Below, one piece after another: positions 56,460 through 64,000 of a stretch of 64,000 nt of DNA; the first letter of the stretch is position 1; each line of letters begins with the position of its first letter. The stretch comes from a virus (taxonomy: Duplodnaviria; Caudoviricetes). The stretch covers positions 1 to 64,000 of IMG/VR virus record IMGVR_UViG_3300020577_011550; one strand, given 5' to 3'. The notes under the pieces were generated by a model that did no database searches, was not told the origin of the DNA, and saw nothing but the letters and a program-made list of their open reading frames with translations. The position numbers and the translations under genes are program-made.

Positions 56460-57861
56460 CAAGAACTTTTTCCCCACTCCAGATCCAGTCATTGACCGGA
56501 TGATCAGCCCCATTTTGCGCGAATACGGCGGTCTACGCTATGTGCCAAACTTTCAGATTCTTGAGCCGTCGGCGGGCAAGGGCAACATCATCGACCGATT
56601 GGTGCACACGTATGGCGCGAAACCTGAACAAATCTTCTGCATCGAAAAGAATGACGAGCTGCGGATGATCCTTGCAGGAAAGGGTTATCGCGTCATCGAC
56701 TCGGATTTTCTGACCTATGCAGATCGCTATGCCTTCGACCTGATCATCATGAACCCGCCCTTTGATGACGGCGCATCGCACTTGCTTAAGGCATGGGAAG
56801 TCCTGCGCAACGGGCGGATTGTATGCCTCCTGAATGCCGAGACGGTGCGCAATCCGCACACCAAAGAGCGGCAGGTCTTGAAGACGCTCATCGACGCCTT
56901 CGGCGAAGTGGAGGACATCGGGCAGGCGTTCAAACAGGCCGAACGCACGACCGATGTGGAAGTTGTCATCGTCCGCCTGTGCAAAGAGACGCGGGACGAG
57001 CTGCCGGGCTTCGAGGGCATGGAATTCGACGGCAAGGTGAACGAAGCGGAATTTACGGCCAACCCGCTCGCGCACCCGAACATCATTCAATCGCTGGTGG
57101 AACAGTACAACCAAGCCGCCCGGTTGACACAGGAAATCCACGCGCTCAGCAGCCAGTACCGCTTTTACACGCGCGGCATCATCGACACCGCACTGGAAGA
57201 CAAGAAGGCCGCGCCGTCACTCAATACCGCGCTCACCGAACTTAAGGCGCAGTTCTGGAAGTATATCTTCCAGAAAACCAAGATCGGGCAGGCGACGACC
57301 AGCCAGTTCCGCCAAAAGTTTGAGACGTTCGCCGCGCAGACCGCGCAGCTCGCCTTCTCTGAGGCGAATATCATGAGCGTGCTCGGCCTATTCTTTCAGA
57401 ACCACGATCAGATCATCAAAGAATGCATCTTGGACGTGTTCAATAAGGCGACCGCCTACCACGCAAAGAACCAAGTCCACACCGAAGGCTGGAAGACGAA
57501 CAAGTCGTGGAAATTGAATAAGCGGATCATCATGCCGAATGGTGTGGTGTATGAACCGCGCTGGGATGGGTGGAGTTGCTATAACCGCCGAGACTTTTTC
57601 CTTGACATTGACAAGGCGCTCTGCTTCATCGCCGGGAAAAAGTTTGATGAGATTCGCGGGCTGTACACCGCGATTGATGATCACTTGCGGAACATTGGGC
57701 GAAATGGCATCGCCTATGACGAGGTGTTTGAGAGCGAGTTCTTCCGCGTGCGCGTGTTCAAGAAAGGCACGGTGCACCTCGACTTCAAAGACCTTGATTT
57801 GCTGGCGCGGTTCAACATCGCCGCGGCGGAAGGTAAGGGTTGGCTTGGGGCGGGGTACTGA
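56452..57861 (+). CDS. Class I SAM adenine methyltransferase with DUF4942-like C-terminus
   Basis: FFPTP, LEPSAGKG, IMNPPF; C-terminal F.VRVFKKGT.H..F. Confidence 0.85.
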   Translation: MFDKNFFPTPDPVIDRMISPILREYGGLRYVPNFQILEPSAGKGNIIDRLVHTYGAKPEQIFCIEKNDELRMILAGKGYRVIDSDFLTYADRYAFDLIIMNPPFDDGASHLLKAWEVLRNGRIVCLLNAETVRNPHTKERQVLKTLIDAFGEVEDIGQAFKQAERTTDVEVVIVRLCKETRDELPGFEGMEFDGKVNEAEFTANPLAHPNIIQSLVEQYNQAARLTQEIHALSSQYRFYTRGIIDTALEDKKAAPSLNTALTELKAQFWKYIFQKTKIGQATTSQFRQKFETFAAQTAQLAFSEANIMSVLGLFFQNHDQIIKECILDVFNKATAYHAKNQVHTEGWKTNKSWKLNKRIIMPNGVVYEPRWDGWSCYNRRDFFLDIDKALCFIAGKKFDEIRGLYTAIDDHLRNIGRNGIAYDEVFESEFFRVRVFKKGTVHLDFKDLDLLARFNIAAAEGKGWLGAGY

Positions 57862-58499
57862 TGAGCGACTTCATAAAGCGTCACTGGAACGACGTGCAGC
57901 GGATCGCGTTCGTGCGACTGCTCAGCCCGTGTATCACGGTCTACGGTTTCCAGATCCCGGCGGAATGGATGCAGCGCGAGTATGGGGTGAACATCCGCCT
58001 GTTCTCCGAAGTCTCCGCCTTCAAGCCGGATGGTTCGCTCGCTCGCGCGGGCGAGGCCTTCCATACAGTGGTGCAGTTCCACAGTCCGGAGGGGATCGCC
58101 GAGCGGCGCGTATTCGCCGGGTGGCGCACAACGTGGACACAGGCGATGGTCGATTACGAGGTGTTCGCCGTGACCGAGCGCCAGCGCCAATTGTTGGCTG
58201 CCAAGCGCATCGACGAGGAACGGCGACGCAAAGCAGCGGAGGCCGACGCCGAGCGCAAGCGCGTGCGTCAGCAGATGGCAGGGTACTACTTTCAGCAGCA
58301 CGGCCAGCGCGTGGACAGCTTCAAGGTTGGGCAGAAGGTAGCCACACTGGACGATGGGAAGGTGTGGCAGGTCGTCAAGAAGCACGCTTTACAGGTGGAA
58401 CTGGGGTGGCTGGCAGCCGTGCGTTTTGTGCCACGGGATACGGTGGTCATCAAGGGCTCGAAAGAAGGTTTGCGGTTGTTTCGTGAAGCAGTAAAGTAA
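57861..58499 (+). CDS. Hypothetical protein (C-terminal SH3-like)
   Basis: TGATG overlap. Confidence 0.7.
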   Translation: MSDFIKRHWNDVQRIAFVRLLSPCITVYGFQIPAEWMQREYGVNIRLFSEVSAFKPDGSLARAGEAFHTVVQFHSPEGIAERRVFAGWRTTWTQAMVDYEVFAVTERQRQLLAAKRIDEERRRKAAEADAERKRVRQQMAGYYFQQHGQRVDSFKVGQKVATLDDGKVWQVVKKHALQVELGWLAAVRFVPRDTVVIKGSKEGLRLFREAVK

Positions 58500-58543
58500 A
58501 CGTATTGAAGAGGGACGCGATAGACCGCGTCCCTTCGGGAGAG

Positions 58544-58774
58544 ATGATGAGCGCGGTTGATTCGAAAGATGTTGTTTTGGCCAGCGGCGAATGGAACGAA
58601 AGCACGCTGCCTCAAGTGGTCGCCGCTGGACGCTTGTATATTCTCAATGGGCGTGGCGAATTCGAACAGGTGATTTTCGCGCAATACTGGCGTGACGGAG
58701 CGCTGCGTAATGTTTCGCCAGACGGACGCGAGATCGATGAAGATGGGAACGTGACTCGACAGTTTTCATCCTGA
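58544..58774 (+). CDS. Hypothetical protein
   Basis: RBS GGGAGAG. Confidence 0.55.
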   Translation: MMSAVDSKDVVLASGEWNESTLPQVVAAGRLYILNGRGEFEQVIFAQYWRDGALRNVSPDGREIDEDGNVTRQFSS

Positions 58775-58800
58775 CCGATTGATGTCCGTTTCGTGACCGC

Positions 58801-58827
58801 AAGGCCGAGACTACCCTCGGCCTTTTT
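58801..58827 (+). terminator. Rho-independent terminator
   Basis: aaggccgag-actacc-ctcggcctttt. Confidence 0.75.
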
Positions 58828-58913
58828 CGTCCGCCAAGTTATCAGACTCTAACACGCCTCGTCTTGTACAAACGTTCTAATCGCGTAGAGTAGGATACGA
58901 GGAGGCGTTTACG

Positions 58914-59366
58914 ATGCAAATCTACGAATACCTATGCCAGTGCTTTGATGATCATATCGACCCCACACAGAACAGTGTCGCTCACCATTTTGGCCTCACC
59001 CTGTCTGAATTGAAACAGCATCTAATACCCCTTTGGCGCGAAGAGCTGCTCTATCCCGATTCGCTCATCCCTAAAGAGCGTGTAGTCATTGGCGCTACCC
59101 AGCGCGATGGAAAACAGCGGACGAAGCGAATCACAAAGGTTACGCCGCGGCGCATCGCCAGAGAACAGGCAATCCTATCCTTTATCGACACGTACATCAG
59201 CGAGCGGCACATTTCGCCCACGCTGGATCAGATCGCCGCGGCGGTTGGTCTGCGCGCGAAATCGAATGTCAAAGCATATCTTGATCGGCTGGTCGAGAGC
59301 GGAAAACTGAATCGCGAGGGGAGGGCGGTATGGTTACCGAAAGCGAGTCAGGAAATCAGCTTCTGA
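58914..59366 (+). CDS. LexA-type DNA-binding-domain protein without peptidase domain
   Basis: EQAILSFI..YI.E....PTLDQIA.AVGL..KSNV..YL..L...G.L; RBS GAGGAGG; GTAC-N4-GTTC box upstream. Confidence 0.8.
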   Translation: MQIYEYLCQCFDDHIDPTQNSVAHHFGLTLSELKQHLIPLWREELLYPDSLIPKERVVIGATQRDGKQRTKRITKVTPRRIAREQAILSFIDTYISERHISPTLDQIAAAVGLRAKSNVKAYLDRLVESGKLNREGRAVWLPKASQEISF

Positions 59367-59729
59367 AAGCCGCCCGGCGCGAAAGGCTTGGAGATCGCTG
59401 TAGGGCAAGCTCATTCGTTTTGCGACTGACCCGTTACGCATAAAAACGACGGCCACTGTATCAATCGGAAATGCGTTCGAGTTTGGGATTCTGCGCAGGA
59501 TGGGCAGAGCTTCCAGCCGCCGAGCATCATCATTCGCGGCAAGGCTCGTGACTGTCAGGGTGAGCAGTTTGCTTTCGACGGTGTAAGTGACCTCGACCGC
59601 GGATGTGGCCGCGCGCACACGTTCTTCGTACTGCTGACGCGTGGTCAACAATTCGCTCAATGTGGGCAGCGCGACCAACGTAACAACGAACAGCAATAGC
59701 CCAACAGTCAACAAGCGGCGGGGTCTCAT
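59334..59729 (-). CDS. Secreted or membrane-anchored protein at the end of the lysis operon
   Basis: N-terminal basic plus hydrophobic signal anchor. Confidence 0.65.
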   Translation of the reverse strand: MRPRRLLTVGLLLFVVTLVALPTLSELLTTRQQYEERVRAATSAVEVTYTVESKLLTLTVTSLAANDDARRLEALPILRRIPNSNAFPIDTVAVVFMRNGSVAKRMSLPYSDLQAFRAGRLSEADFLTRFR

Positions 59730-59780
59730 GGCGTCACTCCAGTTTTGGCGGCACAGTATAACTATGCCGCCAGTCAACTG

Positions 59781-60317
59781 CTAGTTCCGGCGCGGAAAAG
59801 CATCCCGCTGCGCGCCAGCCACCGCGATCTTCCCCTTCGCCGCCTGATAAGTCGCATGGGCAGCGCCGAGAGTTGCGAGTAGGCCAGTGAATAACGGAAG
59901 TAAATTGTCTTGCCACACTCCGGCAAACCTTGTCACGAAGTCAAAGGCAGACGTGAAGTAGACTTGGTATCCGAGCGTCGTCGAGACCGTGTAGACAATC
60001 CAGATCACCGCAGCGGTCGCTAATGACAGCTGCTGCGCGGTAAATCGCCTGAGGGCGTTGATCTGCTTGAGGTAGCCGACGATGAACACGGTAAGCGGGG
60101 CAGCCACTAGCCCTTGCAAGATCGTGACCACGGAACCAGTTAACAGGTTCGCCGCCGTATCGAGATCGGTGATCGGCACATCGTCAACGACGGGCACATC
60201 ATCCACGGGAGTTTCTTCCACCGGGGCAGGGGTAGCCGTCGCTTCCTGCGCCAGCACCGGTACAGACGCCACGAGCAGCAGCGCCACAAGGATCAGAAAC
60301 AGACACATGCGAAGCAT
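59781..60317 (-). CDS. Probable holin or membrane lysis protein
   Basis: Signal peptide plus about three hydrophobic helices, directly downstream of the endolysin-like gene. Confidence 0.55.
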   Translation of the reverse strand: MLRMCLFLILVALLLVASVPVLAQEATATPAPVEETPVDDVPVVDDVPITDLDTAANLLTGSVVTILQGLVAAPLTVFIVGYLKQINALRRFTAQQLSLATAAVIWIVYTVSTTLGYQVYFTSAFDFVTRFAGVWQDNLLPLFTGLLATLGAAHATYQAAKGKIAVAGAQRDAFPRRN

Positions 60318-60359
60318 TTGGTACTCTCCTCTAACTATGCGTAGACATGATACGAGGCG

Positions 60360-61646
60360 CTAAACGAGCGCCTCGTTAATCACCGTAATCGTGGGCAGGG
60401 TCGCGCCGCGCGCTTTCTGCCGTCTTGCCCACAGGGCTTGATAGACTTTCGCGATCCCTGTGTGGAACGTGATGAGCTGTTGAATCTCATCATCCGTTAG
60501 ATTTTCCGAGCAAACCGCGTCATCAGGCGGCGGCGGTTCTTCCACCGGCGGCGGTGTTTCAATGACAGTGAAGGTGGGCACATTGTCGACACCTACCGCG
60601 ACAAACCCTTGCTTATTGTTGTAGGCCGCCTTCACCCACTTGTACCCGCCCGCGTCAATCACAGGCGACAGCCAGACGGTAAATTCAGCCTCATAGGGAA
60701 TGGTCTCGATCTTCGGCTGCGCGGTGGTGGCCGTCGGGCGCAGATTCAAGCCGTCCTTCGGGTTGACAGTTGCCTTGCGTTCATCAGTTGGTTGTGTCAC
60801 CTGCGCATTCCTTTCATGCCATTCTTGATACGCCGTCTTGGGCGTGCGCTCGACCGTGCTGGCGAGGAGCGTCCATAGCTTGGGCGTCGCCTTGAAATGC
60901 TTCCAGCGCGTGTCGTAGACGCCTTCTCCTTCGCAATAGAAGACGAACGGGTATTTCTTCACGACCGGGGCGAGATTGGTCGTGTACTGCTCTTCACTCC
61001 ACCCCATGGCGAGGTATCCAGCCTCCGGTTCGGCGTAGCTCTTCACCGCGCCCACTTCGCCGATCAGGAGCGGCGGGAGCGGGATGCCCCGCAGCGCCGC
61101 TTCATGCTCTAGAAAGTGTGATGTGTCCGTCGCTGTACGATAGCGATTCAGCCGCCACCAGTGAACAACACCCCGCTCGCGCCCCTCGGCCATAGCCTCA
61201 AATAAGGGCAGGAGCAGGGAATATTGAGCAAATGCCGGATTCCCCGTACTCAGGCAGCACAGGCCGAGCGGAATGCCCGCCGCCGTGCCTAGCCGGGCCA
61301 CCGCGACGTGTTTCGCGACGGTGTCCGCCAGCAGCGCCGGGTCGGTGTGGCTGTTGGCGTCTTCGTTGCCCACAAACAGCACGGTCCCTTCGACGTGGAG
61401 CTTGAAAAACAGCTGCGCAAAGCCGTCGGGCGTAACCGTGTTCAGGATGTTGTCATCCTTCCACCAGCGCGAAGCAACAAGCGTGTTAGGTAGTAAATCT
61501 TTTACGTACCTTAGGCGCTGAAGATGCCTGTCGATTGCATCTTTATGCTCGTAAGTTCCGACAATTACTACCAATTGTGGATTGAGCATAGTAAGTACAT
61601 TGTCGGGCGTTGGCTTCAGTTCGTGTACGCCAATTCTGGAAAGCAA
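60360..61646 (-). CDS. Probable endolysin (glycoside-hydrolase-like TIM barrel plus SH3b cell-wall-binding domain)
   Basis: GNE...IGEVG GH-type motifs; GLNLR..A.......I...E...V......GGYKWVK...GFVA SH3b; TTG start after GAAAGGAGG. Confidence 0.65.
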   Translation of the reverse strand: MLSRIGVHELKPTPDNVLTMLNPQLVVIVGTYEHKDAIDRHLQRLRYVKDLLPNTLVASRWWKDDNILNTVTPDGFAQLFFKLHVEGTVLFVGNEDANSHTDPALLADTVAKHVAVARLGTAAGIPLGLCCLSTGNPAFAQYSLLLPLFEAMAEGRERGVVHWWRLNRYRTATDTSHFLEHEAALRGIPLPPLLIGEVGAVKSYAEPEAGYLAMGWSEEQYTTNLAPVVKKYPFVFYCEGEGVYDTRWKHFKATPKLWTLLASTVERTPKTAYQEWHERNAQVTQPTDERKATVNPKDGLNLRPTATTAQPKIETIPYEAEFTVWLSPVIDAGGYKWVKAAYNNKQGFVAVGVDNVPTFTVIETPPPVEEPPPPDDAVCSENLTDDEIQQLITFHTGIAKVYQALWARRQKARGATLPTITVINEALV

Positions 61647-61648
61647 TG

Positions 61649-62545
61649 CTAACTGCCTCCTTTCAGCCACAAGAAATAACCTTCAATGCGCTGTTTTATT
61701 TTCTTAGCTTTTCGCTCGCCAAACCGCCGAACGAGCCAAGCCTCAGGCTCCAAACTATGCTTGGAGTTATTGCAACCACCGACGCCATCTCTGCTTGAAT
61801 GACAAAGTGGAATAATGTTTGTTGGCGTCGTTGCCCCCTGAGCAGAAAGCGGCACCCAGTGATCAGCCGCAAGGATCGTCCAGAAGTCTGGCGCTTTTCC
61901 ACAGGCAGCACATTTATGATCGAAATATTCGAGCGCCTTATTCCAGTCGGATGATGTAAAGCTCACTTCTTGCTGAAGTTTTCTCGCCCGACGCCTATTT
62001 GAGTGGACTTTGGCATATTCGGGATGCTTTAGACGATAATTTCGCTGCTGTAAGCGCACTTTTTCTTTGTTGTTTTGTTCATAGATCCGCTTAGCTACCC
62101 TCACTTTTTCAGGGTTATTGAGCCGATACCTACGGACTGCGTCTCGATGTTTTTGTGGGTTTTCGGCGTACAGATCGCGGCGTCGAGCGTTCAACTCCTC
62201 GCCTTTTTCTTTTAGCATCCGTTTCGCGTAGCTTGCTTTACTTTCTCGCTCTGTAAGCAAACGGCATTCTTTGCACGTCCTATTGAGGCCGTCGCTCGAT
62301 CTACTCGACAGGTGAAAAAATGCATCTGATGCTGGAAGTGGGCGTTTACAGACATTACAGATTTTTGTTGCTTCTGGATCAGGCCGATACTCATATCGTG
62401 GTTGCTTGGTTGTTTTGCATGCCTTACACCACGATTGATATCTTCCGCGCTTTGCCTTGTAAAATTCGGTGACGGCTTTGACTTGACCGCACTTGCTACA
62501 CCGACGACTCTCTGTGATACAATCAGGAGTACCCATACGAAACAT
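61649..62545 (-). CDS. HNH homing endonuclease
   Basis: CxxC fingers, PASDAFFH, CAACG...ADHWVP...NIIPLC...CNNSK; likely start MFRMG after GAAAGG (ORF track extends it to 62653). Confidence 0.9.
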   Translation of the reverse strand: MFRMGTPDCITESRRCSKCGQVKAVTEFYKAKRGRYQSWCKACKTTKQPRYEYRPDPEATKICNVCKRPLPASDAFFHLSSRSSDGLNRTCKECRLLTERESKASYAKRMLKEKGEELNARRRDLYAENPQKHRDAVRRYRLNNPEKVRVAKRIYEQNNKEKVRLQQRNYRLKHPEYAKVHSNRRRARKLQQEVSFTSSDWNKALEYFDHKCAACGKAPDFWTILAADHWVPLSAQGATTPTNIIPLCHSSRDGVGGCNNSKHSLEPEAWLVRRFGERKAKKIKQRIEGYFLWLKGGS

Positions 62546-62713
62546 AACCTTTCGTTGGTTAGAGGCAGTAGGGTGTGTTGGTAGCACCCCTACTGCCTTG
62601 TTTGATTTCTCCCCTAAGTATAGCACAAATGAGCTATATCCGCCGATCAGCATCAGGATAGAAACGTCAGCTTCAGGGTGCGTTCGGCCACCTGATTCAC
62701 CGTGTTCAGTTCG

Positions 62714-62926
62714 TTACTGGTGCTCAGACTGACGAGGCGCATGTAACGGCGGCCGCCAATTGCCCATAAGCCGACAGGAAACCACGCCGTGACAGCGCGC
62801 CAAATGCTGGTTGATCGCATCGCCGTGCTCATATGTGCCTACAGTCACCATAAATTGCGGCTGGAGCGCCAGCAGCACAGCATCCGGCGTGGGCTTCAGC
62901 TCATGCGGACCAATCCGAGAAAGCAC
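62714..62926 (-). pseudogene. Orphaned original 5' end of the endolysin gene (about 45 homologous codons, then fused to unrelated sequence)
   Basis: MLSRIGPHELKPTPDAVLLALQPQFMVTVGTYEHGDAINQHLAR matches the functional gene's N-terminus. Confidence 0.85.
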
Positions 62927-63937
62927 TTACGACACCTGCGCGATCCGGTCAATCAGCATAAAGGGCGATTTCATGATGGCCGTTCTAACTTCTCCTGAAG
63001 CGAGAATGCCTGTCAAATCCCATTCATAGATGCCCGTTCCGACATCGAGATCCAGCCCGAAATCAGCCGGGAAGGTGACTTGCAGCGCCGTTGCGCTGTA
63101 TACACTCCCGGTGATGCTCAACACGGGGTTTGTACCGTCTTCGCCCGCTTTGCGGATGCCAAGAGTGATCTCGGTAGCCGCCGTCCAATCGCCGGTCAGA
63201 TTCGAGAAAACGACCGTTGGTGTGTTACCACGCACCACGGTGAGCGTTTGCGTTCGCGGATCGTACGAACCGACATAACGAACTGAGCCCGACTGAATCA
63301 GATCCGTCTTCGTTTTGATCGACGACAATGCCGCGCCTGTCGTTCCAGTCGTCAAATGCTCGCTGCTCGCCTCATCCCACACGGCATCGGCAATCGCGGC
63401 AGCGCTCGTTCCCGCTCCTGTGACCCACGCTGCGTCGCCCCGGTCGCGAATTGCTTCCACGCTATCCGTACTGGCGTCAAACGTGCCGCCCACATCGCTG
63501 GGCGTGCTGGCCGTTTTCGAGAGAACAGCCTTGAGGAAGCCGAGCACCGTATTGACACCCGATCCGGTAAATGCGCCGATCCGGTTGAGCAGGGTGGTGA
63601 GGTTGGCGGCGATGGTCGAGATTGATGTGACCCATGCTTGTCCGACTTCCAGCTCGACCAGCCAGATCGGATAGTCCGCGGCGGCGTCGAGGCACTGGAA
63701 AACCAGCGTGTATTTACCTGCGCCTTGCAGCGTGGTTTCCGTGCCTTGCAGCGTGTACCCGTAGGACTGCGCCGACGCGCCGTTCGCGCTCACGGTCGTG
63801 CTCGACGGCGTGAACGCTGTACCGTTCCGCGCTGCGCTCAGCAGGGTAGGGGCGGTACCGAAATTGTTGACAGGCGTTCCCCCGGTCGCAAATGTGACCG
63901 GGACATAGATGTCAACGCCGACCGCTTCGGTGGTCAT
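62927..63937 (-). CDS. Probable virion structural (tail/baseplate-associated) protein
   Basis: T/S/G/A-rich, IADAVWDEA.S.H...GT.G motif, C-terminal BppU-like beta domain; upstream of lysis genes. Confidence 0.65.
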   Translation of the reverse strand: MTTEAVGVDIYVPVTFATGGTPVNNFGTAPTLLSAARNGTAFTPSSTTVSANGASAQSYGYTLQGTETTLQGAGKYTLVFQCLDAAADYPIWLVELEVGQAWVTSISTIAANLTTLLNRIGAFTGSGVNTVLGFLKAVLSKTASTPSDVGGTFDASTDSVEAIRDRGDAAWVTGAGTSAAAIADAVWDEASSEHLTTGTTGAALSSIKTKTDLIQSGSVRYVGSYDPRTQTLTVVRGNTPTVVFSNLTGDWTAATEITLGIRKAGEDGTNPVLSITGSVYSATALQVTFPADFGLDLDVGTGIYEWDLTGILASGEVRTAIMKSPFMLIDRIAQVS

Positions 63938-64000
63938 TTCTCCTCCAGTGCCTTCAAGAGTTCAATCTGTGCGTCGTACCTCGCATCTTCGATGCGGTAG
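63934..64000 (-). CDS. 3' end of an upstream gene (partial)
   Basis: Open coiled-coil frame ...RIEDARYDAQIELLKALEEK* overlapping the next ATG. Confidence 0.45.
   Translation of the reverse strand, partial: YRIEDARYDAQIELLKALEEK

Larger units (their letters stand above)
1..64000. mobile_element. Tailed (Caudoviricetes) temperate phage / probable phage-plasmid, partial genome
   Basis: terS-terL-portal-minor head cluster, RecT-initiator-DnaB block, divergent HTH switch, holin/endolysin, dense operons with 1-4 nt overlaps, parAB; no host housekeeping genes recognised. Confidence 0.95.

Noticed and set aside
62546-62653. ORF-track N-terminal extension of the HNH
   Set aside because: It runs through the promoter and leader hairpin; the RBS GAAAGG supports a start at 62545
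1-64000. CRISPR array or mini-array
   Set aside because: The only recurring motif (the 21-bp operator) is dispersed at promoters, and no regularly spaced repeats were seen
1-64000. Integrase, att site or canonical tRNA genes
   Set aside because: No tyrosine or serine recombinase motifs and no canonical tRNA found; they could lie outside the window

Overview
The whole window is the non-structural half, plus both ends of the virion module, of a large (>64 kb) temperate tailed phage. It carries parAB and no integrase is visible, so it may be a phage-plasmid. GAAC-N4-GTTC (LexA-type) boxes and high GC point to a Chloroflexota- or Actinomycetota-type host; this is an inference. Layout, left to right: (1) minus-strand packaging/head genes (terS, terL, portal, intein-containing minor head protein, glycosyltransferase-methyltransferase, NDP-sugar epimerase); (2) plus-strand early/middle operons, five of them headed by the same 21-bp palindromic operator ATACCATA-N5-TATGGTAT, encoding DUF488, a DEDDh exonuclease, a HAD phosphatase, an intein-containing UvrD helicase, RNase H, SLOG proteins and a Dam-like methyltransferase; (3) a ~720-nt structured non-coding RNA with its own promoter, next to a solo TnpB element; (4) parB-parA-PolX-repressor, then a divergent RecT/initiator/DnaB replication block; (5) a PRTRC ubiquitin-like cassette, many small hypothetical genes, a second adenine methyltransferase and a LexA-DBD protein; (6) the minus-strand end of the lysis/tail module. 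The most striking signal is endonuclease genes hidden inside other genes without breaking their reading frames. A Vsr/DUF559 endonuclease with its own promoter and RBS lies on the antisense strand inside the head-protein intein. An HNH endonuclease lies in a shifted frame inside the methyltransferase, whose frame stays open for 260 codons. A third, paralogous HNH arrived together with a replacement copy of the endolysin N-terminus. All family assignments come from motif recognition by eye, not from database searches.
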